Positions 18,322 to 28,154 of a stretch of DNA of 39,242 bases are shown here, piece by piece. How positions within the stretch are numbered: position 1 is the first letter of the stretch; each line of letters opens with the position of its first letter. The translations under genes and the position numbers were made by a program. The DNA comes from a virus (lineage: Duplodnaviria; Heunggongvirae; Uroviricota; Caudoviricetes): the IMG/VR virus record IMGVR_UViG_2734482547_000015. The stretch is one strand, 5' to 3'. The notes under the pieces are model-generated. The model saw only the letters and a list, made by a program, of their open reading frames with translations, was not told the origin of the DNA and made no database searches.

Positions 18322-18671
18322 GCGCGAGCCTTTTTCGCCTGTCTGGCGTTATTGCCGGTCTTTTTCCGGGGAGCATCCTGTCCGGCTTCGGCTAAATCTG
18401 CACCGGTCTCTGCATGAACCACACCCGCCACGGCTCCCGCATCATCACCAGGCGTCTGTAGTATTCGTACAGTGAGGCATGGCTCCGCTTCCAGTCGGGC
18501 AAGCTGCTCCGGGGTGACGTCAACCTGCTGGCGTCCCCGCATGAACAGGAACCCCGCACGACGAAACTGCGCACGACTGCAACGCACTTCTGCCAGTACC
18601 GTGACAGGACTGTCACCACTGACCTGAAGGCCTGAATCATCTGTTGCTGCCACAGTGTGATGTTCATTCAT
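18318..18671 (-). CDS. Hypothetical protein downstream of major capsid gene (Mu gp35 position)
   Basis: 117-aa ORF preceded by GGAGGG Shine-Dalgarno. Confidence 0.5.
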   Translation of the reverse strand: MNEHHTVAATDDSGLQVSGDSPVTVLAEVRCSRAQFRRAGFLFMRGRQQVDVTPEQLARLEAEPCLTVRILQTPGDDAGAVAGVVHAETGADLAEAGQDAPRKKTGNNARQAKKARA

Positions 18672-18714
18672 ATTTGCCCTCCGCAGGGGCCGGGCCGTAA
18701 GCCCGGCTCACCGT

Positions 18715-19662
18715 TTACAGATAATCCGCGACAACCAGCTCCAGCTTGCCCTTCATCTCGTTAGAGACGGTGGTGTTACCGTCCGCGAACAGCTCGCGCT
18801 CCAGCAGCTGCACCGCCTGTTTTTCCAGCGAGGTGGGGACAACAATATGGGTGGGTTTGATGCCGAGTTTGCGGCCACCGTCAGCCTTAAAGTCACGCAT
18901 GGCTGACCAGCCGTGCCACAGCGCATCCAGCGTCAGCGGTGACTGCATCATGTAGGCCATCTGCCAGAAGCCGTAGCCCACATTGCGACGGGCGGAAGCA
19001 CCGAACACAAACTCGTTATCAGTAAACGCACGGCCTTCATCGACTTTTGTCTGGGCAACCAGTTCGGCCTTGCGGCGATCCTGATAAATCAGCGGTTTTA
19101 CCGCGCGGGAGCAGTCAAGCAGATACCAGGCCGGGCCGCTGTAATCCGCCTGTGCACCGACAGAGCCGGTTTTTGCCACAAACATATTGCTGACCATCTG
19201 TGCATCACCGGAGCCATCCACTTTGGGGTAAACAGGGTGTTCGGTATCAAAGAAGTTCTGGCCGTCATAGCAGGCCGCATTCAGACCATCACGCAGTGCA
19301 GCAAAGACCAGTTCATCCGGTTGTGCCGCCGCAGCGCGCCCCATCTCCTGGAACAACGGGGAGTAGATGCCAAGATTGTCGTCTTCAAAGTCATCGCGGC
19401 TAATGGCAACGGTGCCTTCAAAGGTTTTGTTCACGATGGCGTAGCCATAGGCTTTCATCTTCTCGATGACGCGGGAGCCGATCCACTCACGGAACTGCGG
19501 GAACTGCCCCAGCCAGCCGTAGGTGTTGGATTTCGACGTGGACGGTACGGTCATCGCAATTTTCTGGTACTGAGACGGAGCCATGGACATCCCGGCCTGA
19601 AAATCAGAACGGTAGCCCGTCATCAGGGCGGTGATCATCGCCGGTGTGATCGGGGTAGGCAT
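18715..19662 (-). CDS. Major head subunit (Mu T-like), 315 aa
   Basis: Size, composition and position after protease/scaffold gene; start overlaps I stop (TAATG). Confidence 0.9.
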   Translation of the reverse strand: MPTPITPAMITALMTGYRSDFQAGMSMAPSQYQKIAMTVPSTSKSNTYGWLGQFPQFREWIGSRVIEKMKAYGYAIVNKTFEGTVAISRDDFEDDNLGIYSPLFQEMGRAAAAQPDELVFAALRDGLNAACYDGQNFFDTEHPVYPKVDGSGDAQMVSNMFVAKTGSVGAQADYSGPAWYLLDCSRAVKPLIYQDRRKAELVAQTKVDEGRAFTDNEFVFGASARRNVGYGFWQMAYMMQSPLTLDALWHGWSAMRDFKADGGRKLGIKPTHIVVPTSLEKQAVQLLERELFADGNTTVSNEMKGKLELVVADYL

Positions 19663-20786
19663 TATTGCATTTCCTCTTTCATTTTCAGGAACTCGGCTTC
19701 GGTTTTACCCAGCAGATGGGCGGCGGCGATATCTTCAGCCGACAGCGCAGCGGTGGCGGTCTTTTTATCCGGCACGGTTACGGTGTCGGTCTGAAGAGTG
19801 GTCAGAGCCGCAACCGGCTGGCGGGCGTCAAGCTGTGCAGAAAGTGCCGCAACACCAATCTGTTGTCCGAGTCCTTCCATGTATCCGCGTTCGCTTTTGA
19901 AAATGCGTCCTTCGGACTCGGCCTTATCCAGCAACTGCTCCAGCGTGGTGCTGCCGTGTTGTGCCGACAACGCGACATATTCGGTACGCAGGGCGTTATA
20001 CGTCTCAACGGGCACGTATTTCGTCAGATCAATAGTGCCGCCAGTTGGTGTGCCTTTTGCGGTTTCCAGCTCTGCCGACAGGCTGGCAACCTGCGTTTTC
20101 AGGGTGTCGTGCGCATCCGCACGGGTTTTGATCCCGGTAAGGGCAGACAGCGCCGCCGTGCCCAGTTCCGGTGTAAATTCGTCACCGTCGGCCACGGTCA
20201 GACCGAGCGCCGTCAGCAACTGGCGTAATTGCTCATTCATGGAGGTGTCCTTTAAAGGAGGGTTTAAGGCGTTATAAAGGTCATCCGCCGACAGTGCGGC
20301 GACAGGATTCATGCCAGTCAGACCGGGGTCACCGGTAATAGCCAGCATCCGAAGCTCAACAGGTTCACCGGTGATTTCGTCATAACCAATCACCGGGGAA
20401 AACCAGGGAAATTCGTTATTGCGCAGGTGTTCAATGGCCGGAGGGTTCCAGTCCGGACGCACTTCAAAACCCCGCTCTTCACTGAAGCGGAAGTTTTCCG
20501 GTGAGGCCATGACAAAACCGGCAGCCGGTGCCGGATGCCCCTTAATCAGGGTCTGGTGGTTGTAGTCAATTTTTACCGGCTGATTGAGCGCCACAACCCG
20601 GGATACCATGCGCTCAACGGCCGCATGGTTAATCAGCCAGCCTTCCGCCGGTTTTTCCGGGCGACCGTCACGGGCCTTTACCCGACCGGCTGGCATGATC
20701 TGACACCAGTCACCGTCCCCGTCTGCGGACAGGCTGATGGCATTCAGAATGGCATAAGCAAGTTTGGGCGTGTTTTTCGTCTTCAT
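19662..20786 (-). CDS. Head protease/scaffold protein (Mu I/Z-like), 374 aa
   Basis: N-terminal protease-like region and Ala/Leu-rich coiled-coil C-terminal half typical of scaffold. Confidence 0.8.
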   Translation of the reverse strand: MKTKNTPKLAYAILNAISLSADGDGDWCQIMPAGRVKARDGRPEKPAEGWLINHAAVERMVSRVVALNQPVKIDYNHQTLIKGHPAPAAGFVMASPENFRFSEERGFEVRPDWNPPAIEHLRNNEFPWFSPVIGYDEITGEPVELRMLAITGDPGLTGMNPVAALSADDLYNALNPPLKDTSMNEQLRQLLTALGLTVADGDEFTPELGTAALSALTGIKTRADAHDTLKTQVASLSAELETAKGTPTGGTIDLTKYVPVETYNALRTEYVALSAQHGSTTLEQLLDKAESEGRIFKSERGYMEGLGQQIGVAALSAQLDARQPVAALTTLQTDTVTVPDKKTATAALSAEDIAAAHLLGKTEAEFLKMKEEMQ

Positions 20787-20963
20787 TCCGGCAGCATAAG
20801 CCGGTGTTTTTCGGGGCCGGTTTTGCGGGACTTCAGAAAGTGCTGACAGGGGAAAAATGAGAAAGGCGCTTCACGCAGATTTTAAAGCCCGTTAAATACA
20901 GGTTAGAAAATCACGACACGCGCCTGAAGAGGGTAAGGCAATGCGTTTGTATACCTTAAACCA
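20787..20963 (-). promoter_or_regulatory. Intergenic region between G and I; candidate late promoter (Mu P_I position)
   Basis: 177-bp gap in an otherwise tightly packed operon; contains TTTTTCCCC-type motif also seen upstream of lys. Confidence 0.3.
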
Positions 20964-21437
20964 TTACGGCGTTTCTGTGGCCTTTTTAAAGCGTTTTCTG
21001 ATTTCGTCCATGATCTCCTGTTCTGCCACCTGATCAAAGCCCATATACGGACGTGCGCCAATGGCCGCCGGTCCCGGTGGCATACCAGGCAGGCCACCCC
21101 ACTGATGAATGGCCGCATAAGGTTCATTTGATCCAATCAGCGCCCAGGTATCGCCATAATCCGTGGTCAGGCGGCGGGCCAGATCGCCGTTCAGTGTCAG
21201 GATTTTGCCGGGCGTGTATCCCTTACGGGTACGCCACTTGCGGTAAGGATCTGACCAGTCATGCCAGCGTTCGCCGTCCGGCTCTTTTTCCTGTTCAAAC
21301 GCCATTTCTGACGATGACAGAAGACTCTCCGCCACACTGCGGGCCAGGTCTTTTCCGCCGCCCACAAACTGAAGCCGGGCAAACACCCGCTGGAGACGCG
21401 TAACGTCAACAACGACAGCGGCATCAATGGATGACAT
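20964..21437 (-). CDS. Virion morphogenesis protein (Mu G-like), 157 aa
   Basis: GGAGG Shine-Dalgarno; conserved position between F and I. Confidence 0.75.
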   Translation of the reverse strand: MSSIDAAVVVDVTRLQRVFARLQFVGGGKDLARSVAESLLSSSEMAFEQEKEPDGERWHDWSDPYRKWRTRKGYTPGKILTLNGDLARRLTTDYGDTWALIGSNEPYAAIHQWGGLPGMPPGPAAIGARPYMGFDQVAEQEIMDEIRKRFKKATETP

Positions 21438-21477
21438 ATTGCCTCCGCATAAAGGATGAATATAAAATAAACAGGCG

Positions 21478-21558
21478 GTCAGTGTACGCTTAACTGGTAA
21501 AGTCGGTGCCTGCCTCCGGGTGGATCATGTATGCGGGTTCGACCCCCGCCACTGACCG
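21478..21558 (+). other. tRNA-like element (8-bp acceptor-like stem plus canonical T-arm GCGGG-TTCGACC-CCCGC) in F-G intergenic region; not a complete tRNA
   Basis: GGTCAGTG at ~21477-21484 pairs with CACTGACC at ~21550-21557; T-arm-like hairpin at ~21533-21549; no convincing anticodon arm. Confidence 0.3.
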
Positions 21559-22890
21559 TTAATCAATTTGTCCTTCCAGCACCTCAAGCATTCCGCCCCG
21601 GATATCCGATTTCAGCTTATCCATATTGATAACCCGGTAAGCATTCACAATCACATCCAGTTTGTCGGGCTGACGTTTCAGACTGTACGGTGCATTAACG
21701 GCAATCTGCACACTGCCATCCTTATTTTCCACGATATACATCAGATTTTTGTGCCGTTTGTCCCACAGCACCGCTTTTGGCTTTGCCAGCATTGCCGGTA
21801 AGCGCCCGAAGTCCTCTGGCATCAGGGCGATGCCGTCATTCTGATGTTTCACACTGTCTGCATGGAGCACATTTTTACCGCTCATCGCCAGCAGGCGGGC
21901 CGGTGGCGTTCCCGTCCGGCTTTCCACTGCCTGCGCAATGCTTTCAGTCATAAAGCCCAGCGTGCGGATATCGTTACCACCTCGCCGGGTCTGCATGATG
22001 TTTTTTGCCCAGATGCGGAACGCCAGCTGCCGCTCCGGGCTGTTGTTCATCTCCTGAACCACCATTTCCCGTAACGCCGGGCTTTTCACCTCGATCAGTT
22101 TGCGGATCAGCGCCTGGTCTGTGCCGAACGCTGCCGAGCCGGGGTTATATGACCAGCCCACATCCGGTGTCATGGTTCTGGTGCCATCTGAATATGTGGT
22201 CACCGGCATTTCTCTGACTTCTCCGGTCTGTTTATCCACGCCAGCCTCAACATTGCGGGTGGAGAGATGATCCTCACCGGATGAAACGGATAACCCCATT
22301 GCATCCAGACGAGCCTGAGACAATGGCCGCACACGGCAGCGGCAGTTCCAGCCATTAGGTGGGTAGTGTGTTTTCCAGAACGGATCGTCATAGCGGAATA
22401 CCAGACCGTTAAGGGCGGAATGCGACGGGCGGGTACGGCTGTCCATGACCGCCACATACTGCCAGAACGGATGCGTGTCCGTGTTGTTCATCATCTGCGT
22501 GTAACGCCCGGCATTGTAAGCCACCCGGGTGTTCACGTTGTAAATCAGCGCCAGACGACGGGGACTGCCCAGTTGCACTTCTTCCGCGTTACCGTCGCTG
22601 TCCACCACAATCTGCTTTCCCCACCATCCCAGCTTTTGCAGGCGTGGCGTCAGCGTGCGGATAAATGCTTTCTGTGAAATTCCCTCATCAATGGCCCGCT
22701 GCACTTCGGCCTGTAACGTGGTCACCACATCCAGGCGTGCCGCTTTTGCTGCCGTGAATGAGCGGGCATGAACATCCGCGGCTGTTTCGAACCAGTTCCA
22801 GCTGATATGCGCCCCTTTGACACGGAAGTATGCTACCGCCTCTTTTGAGGGAAGCGTGGCGGCATAACCTAAATCAATCCCCTGTGTCAT
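21559..22890 (-). CDS. Head morphogenesis protein (Mu F-like), 443 aa
   Basis: Conserved position after portal. Confidence 0.8.
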   Translation of the reverse strand: MTQGIDLGYAATLPSKEAVAYFRVKGAHISWNWFETAADVHARSFTAAKAARLDVVTTLQAEVQRAIDEGISQKAFIRTLTPRLQKLGWWGKQIVVDSDGNAEEVQLGSPRRLALIYNVNTRVAYNAGRYTQMMNNTDTHPFWQYVAVMDSRTRPSHSALNGLVFRYDDPFWKTHYPPNGWNCRCRVRPLSQARLDAMGLSVSSGEDHLSTRNVEAGVDKQTGEVREMPVTTYSDGTRTMTPDVGWSYNPGSAAFGTDQALIRKLIEVKSPALREMVVQEMNNSPERQLAFRIWAKNIMQTRRGGNDIRTLGFMTESIAQAVESRTGTPPARLLAMSGKNVLHADSVKHQNDGIALMPEDFGRLPAMLAKPKAVLWDKRHKNLMYIVENKDGSVQIAVNAPYSLKRQPDKLDVIVNAYRVINMDKLKSDIRGGMLEVLEGQID

Positions 22891-24472
22891 CCAGCATCCC
22901 CTTCATTTCCGCAGCAAACATGGCATCACTGAGCAGCGTCATCAGGCGGGAATCATCCATTTCACGATAAAGGGCAGGCAGGTCTGCCAGCGCATCCGCC
23001 AGCCCCCGCGTTCTGATGGCATCAATGACCGGCTCCAGTACCGGGTCGATGGCCTCCTGTAAGCGGCGGGCAGGCACCGCGTCCCCCATATCATCCAGTT
23101 CATCACGCGGCGTGCTTTTCGCTTCCGGCAGTCTGGCTGACAGCGCCGTCTGCTCTGTTTTTTCCTGTTTTTCCGGTGGTGTTTCCCTGTCGGTCTGAGC
23201 CGGTTCATTGCCACTCTGACGGACACGGAATATGGCTTCACCGGGCGTGGGCTGCGGAATACCGGTCTGCTCACGTATCCAGGGATCAGAAATATCCATC
23301 CCCGTACTGAGCTGCATCACCGCACTGGTGATTTTGGTGATATCACCTGGTTCTTTTGTCTGGAAGCAGATACGTGGCAGACGGCGGATATCAATAGTGT
23401 GCGTGGTGTTCAGGGCGTACAGCGGATACACCAGATCGCGGTTCAGGGTTGCAGCCAGCTGGCGTAAATCAGAATCCCTGATTTCCCGGCGCACCTCGTT
23501 ATGCACCTCACCCAGCGAGCGCGCGCCTTTGTCTCCGGCTTCTGTGGTCAGCGTGCCGCCGAGTATTGCTTTGGAGATGGAACGCTCACCCCACGAAATC
23601 ATGGTTTCAAACGGATCGGCCTGACCGTTCGCTGCCGCCTGAAACTCCAGCGACATCCCGGCCGGGATGATCCCGCCTGTACGTCGCCCGATATCCATCA
23701 CCGCCCGCATCAGGGCACTTTTCTGCTCCGGTGTTGCCCCGGACGGGTATTTCCCGACCTTCATTGGCAGGCCGTACACCTCCAGAAATTCCGCCAGATC
23801 GCGCACGGAATAGTTTTTGAAAATGAACGGCCAGATAAGCGTTCTGACAAGCCCCGTCGCACCACCGTAGCCGGTGCGTGAACGCGACTGATGCACTATC
23901 CAGCCAAAGGGCTGAAACGCCACCCCGGCATGGCTGCCGTCACGCAGCCGCAGTTCGCTCAAATCATCCGGGTTAAGGCAGAAATGCCCGCTGTCACGCC
24001 ATCGGATGGCGCGGATGATGTGCATCTTACCGAGCATCCCGTGCTCAATCTCCATGCAGGAATAGCCCTTCAGGATGGCATCGGTGGCATCAAATAACAT
24101 GGCATCAAACCAGTCGGCGGAATGCAGATATTCGTCGAGCATTTCCGCGTCCTTTTTCTCATTCGCGCTGGCGTTCGGTGGCGGCTCAATGCTCCATGGC
24201 ACCCCCTGAATGGCAAGACGTCGCTTGCCCAGCTCCGCAAAAAGGTGGGTGTCCTTTTCTTCAATGTCAGCCGCCAGATCGGACTGGGCAATCAGATCGC
24301 CACGTTCAGCCCCGCGAAGGCACTGCGCCGCCCGGTTCGGGGTGATACCCGAGGCGGGATGCTCAACATAACGGCTGGCAATCTGCGGAATATCCAGCGC
24401 GGTACTTTGCATCTCCGGGTCAAAGGAGAAAGGTTTTCCGTCAAGATCAATTATGCGTCCCACTACCAGCAC
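22874..24472 (-). CDS. Portal protein (Mu gp29-like), 532 aa; track start is GTG, first ATG at 24412
   Basis: Conserved position after terminase large subunit; start codon uncertain. Confidence 0.8.
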   Translation of the reverse strand: MLVVGRIIDLDGKPFSFDPEMQSTALDIPQIASRYVEHPASGITPNRAAQCLRGAERGDLIAQSDLAADIEEKDTHLFAELGKRRLAIQGVPWSIEPPPNASANEKKDAEMLDEYLHSADWFDAMLFDATDAILKGYSCMEIEHGMLGKMHIIRAIRWRDSGHFCLNPDDLSELRLRDGSHAGVAFQPFGWIVHQSRSRTGYGGATGLVRTLIWPFIFKNYSVRDLAEFLEVYGLPMKVGKYPSGATPEQKSALMRAVMDIGRRTGGIIPAGMSLEFQAAANGQADPFETMISWGERSISKAILGGTLTTEAGDKGARSLGEVHNEVRREIRDSDLRQLAATLNRDLVYPLYALNTTHTIDIRRLPRICFQTKEPGDITKITSAVMQLSTGMDISDPWIREQTGIPQPTPGEAIFRVRQSGNEPAQTDRETPPEKQEKTEQTALSARLPEAKSTPRDELDDMGDAVPARRLQEAIDPVLEPVIDAIRTRGLADALADLPALYREMDDSRLMTLLSDAMFAAEMKGMLDDTGD

Positions 24473-26127
24473 CCCCGATCAAATTCATGATATGCCTCAT
24501 CGTCATCACGATAACCGCCCTCCATTGCCCGCGACCGCTCCGGCAGCGCCTGACAGGCTGATTCATCCAGGATGAAACCCTCCATGTATGACGCCCGGTT
24601 TGCCATACAGAGTGCCACGGCAAAATCACCATGGCGGCGGGCGTTCGCAGCCGTTGCGTTCTGGTCCTTCGTGCGCCCCTTGTCGATTTGCGGGATACCA
24701 TTCACCACCTTCACATGGCGCAAATCATCAAGCGTGGTCTGATGGCGGGCGACGAGGATATTCTGATCTTCAAACTCGGCTTTCAGTTTTGGCATCCACT
24801 CGCCGTACCACTTCGGCGACAACATCACGCAGTCGATGATGTCCGGGCCAAAGGCCAGCAGTGCGGCCTCTGCCAGATAGCCGCCGTTACCGGTGGCGTC
24901 GAACGCCGCACCGACCAGCGCCGGAACGCGGGTCAGGATGTACATCATCACCTGTTCCTGCTGGGCATACGGCAGGTTGCGCAGCTCCACGCGAAACACC
25001 TCGCGCTTTGCCAGGAGTTCGGTGATTTCCAGCAGCACAAAGCAGGACAGGTCACCGGTGCGGGCAAAGTCTTCCCCGAAGCTGAAGCGGGAACGGGGAT
25101 TTAATTTCTCTGTAAGCGGTTTTAAATGTTCTTCACACCAGGTTAAAACTTCCGATTCACGCAGCCATGCGGCACGGCTGATGAAGTCGTCCGGGGCTTC
25201 AAACGTCAGAATCGGGATGTCACGAATCATCGCCATTTCAATAAGCGCGTGAGGAATATAGGCACCGCCGGATTTTTTCGGGATACAGCCGTATTCCTCG
25301 TCGGCATCCTCACGGGTCGGGGCGTTTTTGTAGAGATCATCACGCCATTTCTGCTCGCTTTCCGGTGACCATTCCTGATCGGTGACGTAACAGATACGAC
25401 GGTACAGCCCGTCCGCAATGGCATCATCCAGGGTTATGCGGTGGACGCTGTAATCCTTGCGCCCCTCGCGGGCTTCCTGAATGTACTGATTAAACAGATT
25501 ATCGACGCCGTTATGCGTGGAAATAATGCGCACGCGTGCGCCCCACATGGTAAGCGCCATTGCCGCCTTGAGAAGCTCATCCAGTGACTCGTGGAACGCG
25601 GCTTCATCAATCACCACATCCCCCTGAAGACCGCGCAGGTTTGACGGACGGGAAGACAATGCCTGAATTTTGAATCCACTGTTCGGAAAGCGGATCATGT
25701 AGGTCAGAATTTCTTCTTTTTTATCCCGATCCCAGAATGTCTGCTCATACACATCAGCATCTGCCAGCTGGTTAAAGGCACGGGAGAACAGCGCGCAGGC
25801 AGAAATATATTCCAGCGCCATCTCCTGTTTTGACCCCACATAAAACACATTACGGCCACCACGACGCTTAGGCTTTGCGGCGGTAATGACGTTACGCCCG
25901 GCTTCCGCCCAGGTAAGCCCGGTGCGTCGGGATTTCTCCGCGATGCAGACCTGACTTTCATCTGCAAACCAGCGGGCCTGATAATCCAGAAACACCGGCA
26001 TATCACCGGGCAAATCAAGGCTGTCCGGCACATCCACGCCCAGCAGGGCTTTTTCACCGGACAGATCAATTTTGCGGGGAGGTGTCATTTGTATCAGTGA
26101 AGGAGACTTTTCTTTGGCTTTGTTCAT
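24463..26127 (-). CDS. Terminase large subunit (554 aa)
   Basis: Size and position before portal; start overlaps upstream stop (TGATG). Confidence 0.85.
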   Translation of the reverse strand: MNKAKEKSPSLIQMTPPRKIDLSGEKALLGVDVPDSLDLPGDMPVFLDYQARWFADESQVCIAEKSRRTGLTWAEAGRNVITAAKPKRRGGRNVFYVGSKQEMALEYISACALFSRAFNQLADADVYEQTFWDRDKKEEILTYMIRFPNSGFKIQALSSRPSNLRGLQGDVVIDEAAFHESLDELLKAAMALTMWGARVRIISTHNGVDNLFNQYIQEAREGRKDYSVHRITLDDAIADGLYRRICYVTDQEWSPESEQKWRDDLYKNAPTREDADEEYGCIPKKSGGAYIPHALIEMAMIRDIPILTFEAPDDFISRAAWLRESEVLTWCEEHLKPLTEKLNPRSRFSFGEDFARTGDLSCFVLLEITELLAKREVFRVELRNLPYAQQEQVMMYILTRVPALVGAAFDATGNGGYLAEAALLAFGPDIIDCVMLSPKWYGEWMPKLKAEFEDQNILVARHQTTLDDLRHVKVVNGIPQIDKGRTKDQNATAANARRHGDFAVALCMANRASYMEGFILDESACQALPERSRAMEGGYRDDDEAYHEFDRGCW

Positions 26128-26375
26128 CAGGCTTTACCTGTCAGAATGCTTTTGATTCGGAACTCAAGCTCTTCAGTCATCACGTCCACGCCACTCAACT
26201 CATCAGTGACAGCCCCTGCCAGCAGCGAATGCAGTTGTTCCAGGGATATTTCCCCGGCAATGCTGAGTTCAGTCAACTCACGACACGCTTTTATGGTTTC
26301 AGGAGGTAACTGTGTTGCAAGACTGAATGCCTTCTGATGAGCACTGCTCATCAGTGAGCGGTTATCTGTTACCAC
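26127..26375 (-). CDS. Small protein (82 aa) whose C-terminus is paralogous to the C-terminus of the upstream gp27-like protein
   Basis: AVTDELSGVDVMTEELEFRIKSILTGKA versus AVTDELRGVDGMSEQIEFRIRQMLLGKA in 26386..26967. Confidence 0.55.
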   Translation of the reverse strand: MVTDNRSLMSSAHQKAFSLATQLPPETIKACRELTELSIAGEISLEQLHSLLAGAVTDELSGVDVMTEELEFRIKSILTGKA

Positions 26376-26385
26376 GATTCACCTC

Positions 26386-26967
26386 CTACGCCTTACCAAG
26401 CAGCATCTGCCTGATACGGAATTCTATCTGCTCGCTCATGCCATCCACGCCGCGCAACTCGTCGGTGACGGCGTTCGCCATCTCTTCAGCAAATGCGGCC
26501 CGGATTTCTTTTTCACGCTTAATGCTGCGCTCGGCGGCACTTTCCGCACGCTGTGCCGACAGGAGGATGTCCTTAATAAGGCGCATATCCACATCGCTGT
26601 CGCTGTTCAGGGATTCGGTGGCGGCACGCAGACGGCGGTACATCAGGGCACGGGACATCTCCAGAATCAGTGCCGTGGTTTCACCGGTCGGCTTATCCCC
26701 CAGTTCGGCCATCATGGCTTTTGTCTGCTCGCGTAAATCACGCAGATTACGGGCAATCAGCTCATTACGGGAGGCTTCCCGGCTGATGGCCGCCGGTGAA
26801 AGCTGCTGCTCTTCCGGCAGGCCTGCCTCACGGATCAGACGGTTGATTTCCTCGCGGATCTGGACCTGCGTCAGGCGTTTTTCACGCAGCATTTCCAGCA
26901 GCGGCTTACGGATGCTGTCGGGGAGCAAATCCACCTTGCGTACACGGCCACGCGTCGGCTTATCCAT
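26386..26967 (-). CDS. Mu gp27-like protein (putative terminase small subunit), 193 aa
   Basis: Position directly upstream of terminase large subunit; charged coiled-coil-like sequence. Confidence 0.65.
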   Translation of the reverse strand: MDKPTRGRVRKVDLLPDSIRKPLLEMLREKRLTQVQIREEINRLIREAGLPEEQQLSPAAISREASRNELIARNLRDLREQTKAMMAELGDKPTGETTALILEMSRALMYRRLRAATESLNSDSDVDMRLIKDILLSAQRAESAAERSIKREKEIRAAFAEEMANAVTDELRGVDGMSEQIEFRIRQMLLGKA

Positions 26968-26969
26968 CG

Positions 26970-27260
26970 TTACCCCCTTGCGCGTGGTTTCTTCACACCC
27001 GGAACAGTGGCACGACCTTCCGCCACATCCTGACCCCGGCCGGTCAGTTCAGCGATGAAATAACCGTTAACAAGCGTGCGCTTACGCACCAGTCCCTGCT
27101 CAGCAAGCCAGGCAATGTGGGTGTGAACGGTGTCGCGGGACACGCGGTGGCCGTAATCATCCAGGCAGTCCTGAAGCACGGATTCGCCCAGTTCGCCGTT
27201 GTAATCCGCCAGCGACCGCAGAATGACAAGACGCTGATCTTCAGTAATGAAATCACTCAT
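26970..27260 (-). CDS. Putative winged-helix DNA-binding protein (Mu gp26 position)
   Basis: 96-aa ORF with HTH-like segment ...HTHIAWLAEQGLVRKR... Confidence 0.5.
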   Translation of the reverse strand: MSDFITEDQRLVILRSLADYNGELGESVLQDCLDDYGHRVSRDTVHTHIAWLAEQGLVRKRTLVNGYFIAELTGRGQDVAEGRATVPGVKKPRARG

Positions 27261-27564
27261 TGTGTTTTTTCCTTACAGCCTGCTCCAGCAGCAGTTCGTT
27301 CTGATGAGAGACGGATTTCAGGGTGGCGTTGGTGGCCTTTAGCTCACCGCGCAGGGTGGTGATTTCGATATTGAGTCTGTTCACCTCCTGCTGCGTGGGC
27401 AGGCCGGAAATCCGGCTCTCCACCCGCTCAACCCGATCGGAGAGTTTTTCAAAGGCCTCGCGGGGGACGAAGGTTTTGCGCATCAGCGCCATGAAGATCC
27501 CCCCGGCCGTGGCCGTTGCCGACAGGATCGGCACAACATAATCTTTAACGATGCTGACCCACAT
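27253..27564 (-). CDS. Membrane-anchored coiled-coil protein, possible lysis accessory (holin/releasin-like)
   Basis: N-terminal hydrophobic segment VVPILSATATAGGIFMALM followed by charged coiled-coil. Confidence 0.5.
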   Translation of the reverse strand: MWVSIVKDYVVPILSATATAGGIFMALMRKTFVPREAFEKLSDRVERVESRISGLPTQQEVNRLNIEITTLRGELKATNATLKSVSHQNELLLEQAVRKKHNE

Positions 27565-27772
27565 GACCGGCCTCCATGATGTTCTGGCAGTTCACACAAC
27601 GGATGGCATCCGGCACGGCAACCAGACGGGCAGCCGGAATATCACCCCCGCAGTCCGCGCATACACGCCTGCCCGGTGTCTCCGCCACCCGGCGCTTACG
27701 TGTCAGCCGGTCACAAAGGGCGCGTTCTGTTGCCCGCTCCATGACAGCCTGAGCACAATCTGAATCATCCAT
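27545..27772 (-). CDS. TraR/DksA-family C4 zinc-finger protein (about 75 aa from internal ATG)
   Basis: CADCGGDIPAARLVAVPDAIRCVNCQ; AAGGAAAAAGG upstream of the internal ATG. Confidence 0.65.
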   Translation of the reverse strand: MDDSDCAQAVMERATERALCDRLTRKRRVAETPGRRVCADCGGDIPAARLVAVPDAIRCVNCQNIMEAGHVGQHR

Positions 27773-27782
27773 ACCTTTTTCC

Positions 27783-28154
27783 TTACTTCGTCTTTCCTGC
27801 CGGAACAGCAGGCGTTCCGGCCATATCAGTAAATTCATGTTGTCGCCGCGCCTCCAGACGACGAATACTGGCCTTGTCCACGTTGCAGTTCTTGATCACC
27901 GCCAGCAGTTGCAGGTTGTAAGTGACCGATGCCCCAAACGTGAACGGCTCCGGCGCAGGAGGGACCAGGCAGTCAGCCAGCCATTCAGCGGGGATCGGAA
28001 CCGGCTGCACAGGCACGTATTTCACAGACGGCCCGGCGCACCCGCTCAGCCACATCATCAGGCACAGGAACAGAGGCCGCAGGCACTGTTGCCAGCGACC
28101 GGCGGACAACGCTCTGCTGCTCCTCGCTGTGCTGAATGTTCTGTTGCTTTTCAT
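27783..28154 (-). CDS. Putative o-spanin (outer-membrane lipoprotein), overlapped with i-spanin in a different frame
   Basis: Lipobox-like LSGC followed by Pro-rich PVQPVPIPAEWLADCLVPPAPEP; start codon uncertain. Confidence 0.45.
   Translation of the reverse strand: MKSNRTFSTARSSRALSAGRWQQCLRPLFLCLMMWLSGCAGPSVKYVPVQPVPIPAEWLADCLVPPAPEPFTFGASVTYNLQLLAVIKNCNVDKASIRRLEARRQHEFTDMAGTPAVPAGKTK

Noticed and set aside
19237-20277. Several 150-190-aa plus-strand ORFs
   Set aside because: Antisense to major capsid and protease/scaffold genes.
21478-21558. Calling the tRNA-like element a tRNA gene
   Set aside because: Acceptor stem and T-arm are convincing but D-arm is poor and no anticodon stem-loop can be drawn; reported only as a tRNA-like element.
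26327-27058. 243-aa plus-strand ORF rich in Ser/Arg
   Set aside because: Antisense to the gp27-like and neighbouring genes; no start signals.
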